64,000 bases of DNA from a virus. Taxonomy: Duplodnaviria > Caudoviricetes. Positions 56,335-64,000 of this stretch are shown piece after piece. A model generated the notes under the pieces. That model saw only the letters and a list, made by a program, of their open reading frames with translations, was not told the DNA's origin and did not search any database. The stretch covers positions 32,001-96,000 of the IMG/VR virus record IMGVR_UViG_3300048881_000698; one strand, given 5' to 3'. The translations under genes and the position numbers were made by a program. Each line of letters begins with the position of its first letter. Within the stretch, counting starts at the first letter, position 1.

Positions 56335-57157
56335 TTTCTTTTAACTCCAGTTCCTTAGTCAAACCTTGAACTTGAAGAACCTTCTTTATCATTTTGTTGT
56401 CAATTGCCTGAAGGTGGAAACTTTCCAGCAGTTCTAGGACTTCTTTAGTTTTTCTAATCATGTCAGAATCGTTTTTAATTTCTTTTACATTCAAGGAACC
56501 CTGAACCACTCGTTTTAATCTGCCAACTTCCTCATTCAAATACATTTTTAATTCAAGTCCGTTGTCTGCGAAAAACGAAATGTATTTAGACAATAACTCT
56601 TTTTGTTCAGCAAGTAGTGCTCCGGAGTATTGTTTATTAAATTTTTCAATAAATGTTTTATAAACCAAATTATCAATTGGCTTTAAATCCATTTTCTCTG
56701 TGTTTTCTTTTGATAGTCTAGAAATCAAATTTTCTTCTAAGACGACTCTTTTTTTAATAGAAATCTCATCATCAAATATCTGATTAATAGTAGCCAAATT
56801 TTTATAGTTTGGAACAAAATTTGAAAAAATAGATTTAGAAAACATTTTATTCATTTTATTAATAAGAGCTGTTTGTTCTCTAAAAAGCTGCTTTTTGTCT
56901 AAATCTGTATGCCTTCTACGAACTTCAAAAATTAACTTTTCCGCCACGTACGGAGTGACAGCCTCATCATCATGCAAAGTCTTATACAATTCCAACTCTT
57001 TTCCTAATAAAGTATTTTTATCAAAGTGTTCTTTAATCAAAGTAACAAGTCTACCTTTTTTTTGTTCGTTTTTTTGAACAGTAGCACTGGTTAACTCTTT
57101 GATAAGGGCTTCATAAAGAAAAGCAGTATTTCTTTTTTTATTATGTCTTAGCTTCAC
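56324..57157 (-). CDS. Hypothetical helical head-module protein
   Basis: 277-aa ORF overlapping the portal stop. Confidence 0.7.
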   Translation of the reverse strand: MKLRHNKKRNTAFLYEALIKELTSATVQKNEQKKGRLVTLIKEHFDKNTLLGKELELYKTLHDDEAVTPYVAEKLIFEVRRRHTDLDKKQLFREQTALINKMNKMFSKSIFSNFVPNYKNLATINQIFDDEISIKKRVVLEENLISRLSKENTEKMDLKPIDNLVYKTFIEKFNKQYSGALLAEQKELLSKYISFFADNGLELKMYLNEEVGRLKRVVQGSLNVKEIKNDSDMIRKTKEVLELLESFHLQAIDNKMIKKVLQVQGLTKELELKENDN

Positions 57158-59177
57158 TTTTTTTCCCTTTTATTTCTAATTCAGAAATTAATTCTTTAAT
57201 TTCTCTATCGACTGCAAACAACAATTCTTCATCGTTCTTATAATTAGTTTCTTCGCCTTCATAAAGACCTCTCCAAATTCCTTGGAAATCTGAATGTCCT
57301 GGATGTATTTTTCTAGGCGTGCTCATTTCGGGCCTGGCATGGCTTAAGTAGTTCTTTCGACGGCCGCCTTGGTACCGCTTATCATATGCAACAGGAGTGT
57401 ACCACTTGTCTTTGGAAGCGGCGGTTGTTGTTTGCGGCCGGCCAAGGGGGACTCTTTGCTGAGTTTTGTACCAATTAATATCTCGTTTGGCGGGAGGTGC
57501 TGCTAATAGAGCCGTTTCTTCACCTCCCTCTGCTGGTGCGCCTTCTTCTGCCGGTGTGCCTTCTTCTGCCGGTGCGCCTTCTTCCGCTGGCGCAGCGCCT
57601 TCTGCTGGAGCACCTTCTGCCGCTGGTTCACCGAGTGCTAGCGGATCGCCTCCTTCTGCTGGAGCGCCTCCGGGGGCTCCCAAAGGAGTCTGTTGCGCTT
57701 GTTGCATAAGTTCTTGAGATGTTAATTCGATTTCAGCTTCTAGAGCAACATCAAATTTTCTATCATGAAACATTTCTCTTTGGTTTCTAATAAACTCTTC
57801 ATCCGACATGCCGAAGAGATGTTCTGCAAGCCAACGTTTACTAAAAAAGCCTTCCGTAGCAGAACCGGCAGTATCAAATTTCATTCTCCAATGTTCCAGC
57901 TCTTGCAATTCTGCTATTTTAGATGGATTGCTTAACGAAAGTTTAAATGAAATGAGGTCTTTTCCGCGATAACCTATCGTATACAAATGAATAACGCCTA
58001 TTTTTTCAAGTTCTGCAATCAATGATCTTTGCAATCTTTGAATCGTTCTTGCAAAACGGATGTCTTTTTGTGCAAGAGTTGTTTTATCTTCCGTATCGGC
58101 ACCTTCGCCCTGGAAAAGATAAGCTTGTGGAACCTTAAGAGCTGCAAATAGTTTATTTTTTAGATATTTAATATCATCGATATCCCCAGTATATGCTCCG
58201 CCGGCTAGTGACTCAATTTTGGTAAACTGTGTTCCTCCTCGAACAGGGACAAAATAATCCTCCTCAATGCTTAGAGGATTGTAGCGTAAATCAACACGGC
58301 CAGTGTTTGAATCAACAACCTGATTGCGCTTCATCTGTGTCATGACTTTTTGCATATATTGCTCGACGTCTTCTGGGTTGACACCGCCAACGTCAACATA
58401 GAATACACGGCGTTCAGGTGAGCGAACAATACGATAAGCCATCACTGCATCTTCAAGAAGTGTTAACTGTCTCCAAATTCTCCTACAAGCTTCAAGAACG
58501 CTAGTGCCATATGGCGCATATTTGTCATTTCCTAAGATTCTAAAGTGTGCCATCTGCCAATTTTCGAAAGTTAACCCACCTGAATTCCATTGATATTGAA
58601 CATAGTTTGGATTTGTTTTATCTTCTCCCTCGAGTCTTTCTATTTCTGAAGTTGGTATACCTATCGCATTTTGAATTCCTTTTTCTTCATCCAAATCTAG
58701 ATACAAGAAAAAGTCACCAAACTTACACATTGTACGACACCAGCCAAATAAATTATGCTCGAGATTCAAGACCTTGTGATAAAGATCAGAGAGAAGCAAC
58801 TTAATTTCTTCGTTTGGACATTTAATTGTTAAAAGTGGTTGCAACTCTGATGACGTTGACATCTCATCTGCGTATATATCCAAAGAAGAAGCAATGATCG
58901 GTTCATATTCCATTTGCTCAAAATCAGCGTATCTTTCAACTCGATTTTGATTAGAAAGAATGTTTGAAGTTAAATTTTCGAATGTGTCATACGATGTTTT
59001 TTTAAATTGTTTTCCACTAGCAGATGTAAATTTGCTAGCAAACTTATCTAATTGCCTACGCTTATTTCTCCTAGGGATTTGCTTTCGATAGTTTACAAGA
59101 GGACCGGAAAATAACTTTGTTAATTGTTTAAATAAGGGAGTATCCGGATTTCTTGTATTTTTTGTATTTTTTGCCAT
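57141..59177 (-). CDS. Portal vertex protein (gp20-like)
   Basis: LDIYADE, PYGTSVLE, LLEDAVMAYRIVRSPERRVFYVDVG, EDYFVP, LKVP. Confidence 0.95.
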   Translation of the reverse strand: MAKNTKNTRNPDTPLFKQLTKLFSGPLVNYRKQIPRRNKRRQLDKFASKFTSASGKQFKKTSYDTFENLTSNILSNQNRVERYADFEQMEYEPIIASSLDIYADEMSTSSELQPLLTIKCPNEEIKLLLSDLYHKVLNLEHNLFGWCRTMCKFGDFFLYLDLDEEKGIQNAIGIPTSEIERLEGEDKTNPNYVQYQWNSGGLTFENWQMAHFRILGNDKYAPYGTSVLEACRRIWRQLTLLEDAVMAYRIVRSPERRVFYVDVGGVNPEDVEQYMQKVMTQMKRNQVVDSNTGRVDLRYNPLSIEEDYFVPVRGGTQFTKIESLAGGAYTGDIDDIKYLKNKLFAALKVPQAYLFQGEGADTEDKTTLAQKDIRFARTIQRLQRSLIAELEKIGVIHLYTIGYRGKDLISFKLSLSNPSKIAELQELEHWRMKFDTAGSATEGFFSKRWLAEHLFGMSDEEFIRNQREMFHDRKFDVALEAEIELTSQELMQQAQQTPLGAPGGAPAEGGDPLALGEPAAEGAPAEGAAPAEEGAPAEEGTPAEEGAPAEGGEETALLAAPPAKRDINWYKTQQRVPLGRPQTTTAASKDKWYTPVAYDKRYQGGRRKNYLSHARPEMSTPRKIHPGHSDFQGIWRGLYEGEETNYKNDEELLFAVDREIKELISELEIKGKKSEAKT
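57525..57675 (-). repeat. Imperfect in-frame repeats (EEGAPA/AEGAPA) in the portal C-terminal tail
   Basis: Repeated ccttcttctgccggtg units. Confidence 0.75.
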
Positions 59178-59182
59178 AAATA

Positions 59183-60763
59183 TTAACCTTTATATAACCA
59201 CATATATTTTTTCATTTCTTCTTCTTTCTCAGGACTAGGAGCGTTTGTTGCCTTATATCCTTTCATACCAGAAATTGTAGTATTAAAAGTCGATTCTGAT
59301 TTCATTATTGAGTTTAACATCGCTTCCTTATATTTTGTTTCACGATCTTTTTCTGCGTAAACAGTATCTTTTACCCAGCATGCGATTGCAAAAGCCATAG
59401 TTAGATCATCGTTATATCCTCTCATAGCCTGAGGTCTCCCTTTATCCCAGATAAAAGTCTTGAACTCATTATATAATCTAGCAGATCGTATTGTAATTAA
59501 TCTGTTGCGAACAAATTCTTCCATTTTTGCAATAATAATAGGTCTAGTCTTAAGGGATGTTGTGAACCCTGCTACTGAAGAATGATGAGTTTCAGCTACC
59601 AGTTGTTCTACATATTCATGCGTAGATTTTATAGAATAATAAATATTTGGATACTCCAGCTCTTTCAGCTTGTCTAAAACAGCAAACCCTATTGTGTTAT
59701 TCTCGACAACAATCATACAATTTCCGTATTGTTTGCCAGCATCAAATACCAAATTAGAAAAAATGTCTGGTGTTACTTTGCCTTGATATTCTCCAACGAT
59801 TTCCATGTTGTCCAGATCAATTATATGAAAAACGGAATTGTCTTGGCCGTCGCCCCTTGCTACATCAGCTGCTAACAAATAAGTGTGTTCGGGATCATAG
59901 TTTTCCCAAATCCAAAAGTTCCTATCAAACCCTACCCTGTATTTTGGACTGCAAATACCCTCTTCAATTTTCGCTATATCATCTGGGTGTATAACCGTTT
60001 CCCCAGAAGTGTTGAAATTACATTCAAGTTCTTGAGCGATTTGTCTTCTCGACATGTTTTTTGTTTCTTTTTCGTACCATTCTTCGTCGCGATCAGGGTG
60101 CACGTCCCATAGTAATTTTGTCGCGTGAAAGTCATTTATGCCTTGTTCCGCTTCTACATAAATCTTGTGAAACCAGTTTCCAACTCCATTGGGTGTTGAA
60201 AGAGCGATGCATCGGCCACCTGTCGAAAGAGTTGGGTACAAGCCTGTCCAAAGCTCCGTCAACCCTTCAACATGCGCAGCTTCATCAACGACCAACAAAG
60301 ATAACGCTTCTGAACGTCCAGCATCAGGAGAAGTAGAACTGGCTTTAATTTGTGATCCGTTAGTTAGCTCAAAACTTGTTCTATTATCGACTGACACATT
60401 AGCTATTTTGATCCATGGCGGCAAATTTTTAACTATCGCTTTGACTTTTTTAACAAGATTTCCTGCAGTTGAAAACTTTGTTGCCATAACAAGAACATTT
60501 TTGTCACGATGGAACATCATCAGCCACGTAATATAGGCAGCAGTTATTGTTGATATTCCAAGCTGTCTCGCTTTTAGTATAACGCTGAATCTATAATCAT
60601 TAAATTCATTTACGAGTTGTTCTTGATAATCGTATAACTTAAAAGGAATTAGCCCGTGCATCGGGTGAGAAATTTTTGCGTAACTGTCTATAAAATAAGC
60701 TGGATTTTTACCACACTTTATAATCTCTTTTGTGATCTCTTGTTTTGTAAGATGATAATCCAT
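59183..60763 (-). CDS. Terminase large subunit (gp17-like)
   Basis: KARQLGIST, LLVVDEAAH, LSTPNG, ADVARGDG.D, NDDL. Confidence 0.96.
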   Translation of the reverse strand: MDYHLTKQEITKEIIKCGKNPAYFIDSYAKISHPMHGLIPFKLYDYQEQLVNEFNDYRFSVILKARQLGISTITAAYITWLMMFHRDKNVLVMATKFSTAGNLVKKVKAIVKNLPPWIKIANVSVDNRTSFELTNGSQIKASSTSPDAGRSEALSLLVVDEAAHVEGLTELWTGLYPTLSTGGRCIALSTPNGVGNWFHKIYVEAEQGINDFHATKLLWDVHPDRDEEWYEKETKNMSRRQIAQELECNFNTSGETVIHPDDIAKIEEGICSPKYRVGFDRNFWIWENYDPEHTYLLAADVARGDGQDNSVFHIIDLDNMEIVGEYQGKVTPDIFSNLVFDAGKQYGNCMIVVENNTIGFAVLDKLKELEYPNIYYSIKSTHEYVEQLVAETHHSSVAGFTTSLKTRPIIIAKMEEFVRNRLITIRSARLYNEFKTFIWDKGRPQAMRGYNDDLTMAFAIACWVKDTVYAEKDRETKYKEAMLNSIMKSESTFNTTISGMKGYKATNAPSPEKEEEMKKYMWLYKG

Positions 60764-60772
60764 TCAATTTTC

Positions 60773-61324
60773 TTATTGTTCCTTTTTTCTTGTTACGTTA
60801 GAAGGCTTTGGAGCGCTCTTGCCAAGATCAAGCCATTTTCTGATAGCTTTGTCTAGTCTATCTTTATCACTTCCCTGATTAACAGATTCTACACCATTAA
60901 TATTACCAATTTTATATATCTGGGAGGCCTGCACTATGGTCCTAACGCGACTTATGTATTGTACCAGTATTTCTGGGGGCCCTTTCTTCGTCAAAGTGAG
61001 TCCATTTTTAGTAAGCCTCTTATATTCTTTTTTAAGATACTTTACAACATCATTAATATTCGAAGCAACATCATCCTCAAACTTTTTGTCATGGGTATCT
61101 TTTAATTTTGTTTCTCCATGATATTTTACTACCAAATAATTACCATGAAAGCTGACATTAAATCCATCCATAACTCGGGCCTCAATATTTAAGTCGCCCT
61201 CTTCTCGCTTTAGGCCGGCTTTCTTTGGTACACCGTCATCCACAATTCTCTCGTCATGGGCGCCATCATATGCATTTGCGGCGGCTTGCTGAATCCCTTT
61301 TAATACATCATAAACTGTTGCCAT
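60773..61324 (-). CDS. Hypothetical protein upstream of the terminase gene
   Basis: 183 aa; AGGAG Shine-Dalgarno; late motif upstream. Confidence 0.7.
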   Translation of the reverse strand: MATVYDVLKGIQQAAANAYDGAHDERIVDDGVPKKAGLKREEGDLNIEARVMDGFNVSFHGNYLVVKYHGETKLKDTHDKKFEDDVASNINDVVKYLKKEYKRLTKNGLTLTKKGPPEILVQYISRVRTIVQASQIYKIGNINGVESVNQGSDKDRLDKAIRKWLDLGKSAPKPSNVTRKKEQ

Positions 61325-61373
61325 TGTTATTCTCCTGCAAAGTATTGTTTAATAAATAGTTTGTGGCTCACTA

Positions 61374-61904
61374 TTAATTCCTTTCTCTTTTGGGTTTCCA
61401 CCCCATTTTTCTTTTTGCGCCATAAACATAGCGATCTTGGCGCTCTTCATCTTTGGGAAATTTCTTTTTCGCAGACTTTTCTAAGCCTGGATGCGCTTTT
61501 TCTGCTTCTTCTTCTCCTTCTTCCAAAGGATATTTTGCAAACTCGCTGCCTGGTGCGCCTTTAGGCTTTTTGGCAGAGGCCTCGGATTCGAGCAGCTCAC
61601 CAACCACTTCTTCGACGGTTTCTTCAAGGCCAAACATAGAGGTCCATGTCTTCGGGCTTCTCCAGTCAAACCTGCTCCCAGTGCCGGAATCCTCGGCGCG
61701 AGCTTTTTCTAGCGCCGCTTCCTTTTCCGCGTCGCTTGGAAGCGTGTATGGTTTGGGAATGCGCCTATATATGCCCCGCCCGCCTGGTCCACCTGTCTCG
61801 AACGGATCAGTTTCCCTGTCAATCTTACGAGGGCTAGCGAATTCAAGCAAGGTGTCAAGTTCTTCTTTAATTATTTTTATCAAGTCTTCTTTTGTCAACT
61901 TCAT
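61374..61904 (-). CDS. Hypothetical protein, internal-head-protein-like
   Basis: MKLTKEDLIKIIKEEL leader and several L-x-E motifs. Confidence 0.7.
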   Translation of the reverse strand: MKLTKEDLIKIIKEELDTLLEFASPRKIDRETDPFETGGPGGRGIYRRIPKPYTLPSDAEKEAALEKARAEDSGTGSRFDWRSPKTWTSMFGLEETVEEVVGELLESEASAKKPKGAPGSEFAKYPLEEGEEEAEKAHPGLEKSAKKKFPKDEERQDRYVYGAKRKMGWKPKRERN

Positions 61905-62286
61905 CTTTATTTGGTCTCCAGCCAGTTTTCCAGCGTTCTTCTCTTCCTTCTATAAATTCTATATAGCACTGATAGCAAGAAGAAAATTTAGCCATGTACA
62001 TATTATCTTTGATGTCGAATGAATAGATTTCACAAATAGGACATTTTCTTCTGCTCTCTTTGTTAAGTAGTTTTTTATTAATTAAAAAACCATCTTTTTC
62101 AACCTTTTCAACCTTTTCTTTTTTCTTGTTTTCTTTCTTGTACAAGCTCTTAAGTTGTTCTAAATACTCTTTTTCTTTTTCGTCGTCCCAGTTGGAGCGA
62201 GGATGTTGTACTGTTTCCTCACCATATTTTTGTGCAATAGCTCTTTCTAGCTCGGCTATAGTATTTAAATCTTTCTTTGGTGTAAT
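61867..62286 (-). CDS. Zinc-finger hypothetical protein; frame extends upstream of the TTG to a possible ATT start
   Basis: CPIC...CYQC; frame is open 61867-62295 with no ATG/GTG/TTG before 62145. Confidence 0.6.
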   Translation of the reverse strand: MTPKKDLNTIAELERAIAQKYGEETVQHPRSNWDDEKEKEYLEQLKSLYKKENKKKEKVEKVEKDGFLINKKLLNKESRRKCPICEIYSFDIKDNMYMAKFSSCYQCYIEFIEGREERWKTGWRPNKDEVDKRRLDKNN

Positions 62287-62323
62287 CTTATTATTCTATC
62301 AACAAACCATCATATTGTTAAAT

Positions 62324-63622
62324 TTATTCTACACCTATTGATTTTCCAATACTAGCCGCTTCTACCCCAATAAACTTGTCGATATTAGTGCCAGCAACGC
62401 CTATAATCGTATGAGAAATGCCTACCCTTGCCACTAAACATCGAAGAGTTAAGGTAACGCCAGGAACATAAGTTAAAGAACTATCTACAAATCGCAGCCT
62501 TTGGTTAGGTCCGCCAGTATCATAACACCCCATGTTTCTGTATGGGCCAAGAGAATCTCGTCCATCGAAAACGACACCGTCAAGATCATGAGACTGAGAT
62601 GCAATTATAGTATTGCTCGCGTGGCCAAATGCGCCGGCGGCGATATGACCGGTACCGGAACCAGAGGCCGGTGAAGCACATTTAAGATGAAAATCGTCTC
62701 CGGCAAGGTCTACAAACTGCGGATCAGTAGTGGCACAATCTGCAGTCGCTGAACCAAAGAGCCTACTGGTATTAAATATATTATCATATGCTAAGCTAGC
62801 ACTGATGGGAGGATCTGCTGAAGAGTTCATCAAATACCCCTTAGTATAACAGTACGATGCAACGCAATTTCGTATCTGTGCAACGCTTGCGCCAGCTGTG
62901 CTAACTGAAAATATGTGTTGGTTAGCATCGTCAACTACCCTGCAGCGTACAGCTGTACAATTTTCTATGGTCCCAAAGACCGCATCAAAAGTCGACTTCG
63001 AGGAAGTGCAGTCATGAGCAAGGCATGTCCGAAACGATGGCGAAGTTGAACCATTTGCAATTAATGGTCGAAAACAATTTTTGAAAACGCATCTCTCTAT
63101 TACCGATTGACCTGCTGAAGGCGTGTAAGGGCCTGGTACATCAATAACCTCAGAATTGGCGGAAGAGCCTGAACAATTATCAAAAGTACAGTTTACCACA
63201 TGAATAGGGCCGGTGGTACTGCCATCACCAGATATGACAGAGGCAGCAGAAGTAGGTGAGTTGGTTTGCTCTGGTGCTTTAGTAAAAGTAAACCCTTCAA
63301 TTTTAGTAAATAGATATGTTTTAATACCAACACTGTCGTCGTTATTTGTAAAATCAATTGCTACATCGTATGAACCCGTAATTGCTTTTAATGTTAATCC
63401 TTTTTGCAGTCGGCCGCCGACTTGGAGATTAATAGTGTTATTCTCCGCGTATGACCAATCGGCGCCGGCGGCGGGATATACTAGCACTGTATGTCCACCG
63501 CCATATGAGAGGCTGCCATGCGTAGTCTGTGCGCATGCATATTTTATGGTTAGATACGACGTCGAGATGGAGGTGCCATCGTTGGAATTGCTACCGGTAG
63601 GAGTTACATAATAAGTTGTCAT
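62324..63622 (-). CDS. Right-handed beta-helix (DUF1565/pectin-lyase-like) virion protein
   Basis: YYVTPTGSNSNDGTS, NCTF/RCVF/NCTA repeats, DPQFVD...DFHL. Confidence 0.75.
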   Translation of the reverse strand: MTTYYVTPTGSNSNDGTSISTSYLTIKYACAQTTHGSLSYGGGHTVLVYPAAGADWSYAENNTINLQVGGRLQKGLTLKAITGSYDVAIDFTNNDDSVGIKTYLFTKIEGFTFTKAPEQTNSPTSAASVISGDGSTTGPIHVVNCTFDNCSGSSANSEVIDVPGPYTPSAGQSVIERCVFKNCFRPLIANGSTSPSFRTCLAHDCTSSKSTFDAVFGTIENCTAVRCRVVDDANQHIFSVSTAGASVAQIRNCVASYCYTKGYLMNSSADPPISASLAYDNIFNTSRLFGSATADCATTDPQFVDLAGDDFHLKCASPASGSGTGHIAAGAFGHASNTIIASQSHDLDGVVFDGRDSLGPYRNMGCYDTGGPNQRLRFVDSSLTYVPGVTLTLRCLVARVGISHTIIGVAGTNIDKFIGVEAASIGKSIGVE

Positions 63623-64000
63623 TTATGCACTTACCTCAACCCAGGATTTGTCCGGATCGAAGTAGACAAGAACATCACTTGAATCATCATCGATAGCGTA
63701 TCCGACGATACGCACATAATCTGCATCACCGGATGGTGCCGTAAAATCAAAATGACCTGCAGTTGTTGAGATATACACAGGTAACCCATCGCATGCGCCG
63801 GATCCAGGTAAGTTCAATATTTCAGTTGATGGGATTCTTATAAACCCACGTGTTACCGCCCCAACTGTTCGTGAGGATCCGCCTAACCCAACACCAAGTA
63901 GTTGACTTGCACCGGTAGCAACAGCGTCGGCGTCTGCTTGATCCCAAGTTCCATCAGTATGTAAAAAGTAAATTTGACCAGCAGTTAAAGTATCGTCGGC
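63623..64000 (-). CDS. Virion fibre/decoration-like protein, partial (5' end outside the window)
   Basis: Frame open to the right edge: GQIYFL...WDQADAD...LLGVGL...PVYIS...RIVGYA...YFDPD. Confidence 0.7.
   Translation of the reverse strand, partial: ADDTLTAGQIYFLHTDGTWDQADADAVATGASQLLGVGLGGSSRTVGAVTRGFIRIPSTEILNLPGSGACDGLPVYISTTAGHFDFTAPSGDADYVRIVGYAIDDDSSDVLVYFDPDKSWVEVSA

Noticed and set aside
57525-57675. Short repeats as a possible CRISPR array (also 53268-53333, 10100-10510 and 1757-1795)
   Set aside because: All are in-frame coding repeats without unique spacers, and no cas genes are present.
60773-61324. Calling this gene the terminase small subunit
   Set aside because: Only its position supports this; I recognise no gp16-like sequence features.
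1-64000. Stop-codon reassignment
   Set aside because: Conserved genes are full length in the standard code, TAA/TAG/TGA all end genes, and no suppressor tRNA was seen.

Overview
This is a 64-kb, densely coding segment of a large T4-like (myovirus) dsDNA phage genome. Essentially all credible genes are on the minus strand and use the standard code. Reading right to left (the direction of transcription) there are: a beta-helix virion protein; the head module (terminase large subunit, portal, prohead protease, ribosomal protein bS21, scaffold, major capsid protein); neck, sheath, tube, tail chaperone, tape measure and baseplate genes; a replication/recombination block (compact family-A polymerase, tubulin/FtsZ-fold protein, gp32-like SSB, RecA/UvsX, 5'-3' exonuclease, tRNA-Ile(UAU), DnaB-like helicase, class II ribonucleotide reductase); then GroES-like, SLT transglycosylase, an S74 tail fibre, DnaE, dUTPase, adenine methyltransferase, IMPDH-like enzyme, a sigma-region-4 protein, ClpP, GroEL and Hsp20. 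Two promoter classes are visible: canonical TTGACA-N17-TAnnnT sigma70 promoters before replication and chaperone genes, and a recurrent ACTA[T/C/A]TTA motif before structural genes and several scattered unknown genes. Points worth follow-up: (i) a putative set of virion-packaged cargo proteins marked by the late motif and L/I-x-E protease sites, including a PD-(D/E)xK-like nuclease; (ii) a translationally coupled compact PolA plus degenerate tubulin pair; (iii) translation-control features (bS21, tRNA-Ile(UAU), an unannotated 18-aa micro-ORF, a +1/-2 frameshift site, a gene with no canonical start); (iv) a ClpP with Asn in place of the catalytic Asp. All functional calls come from reading motifs by eye; no database searches were run.
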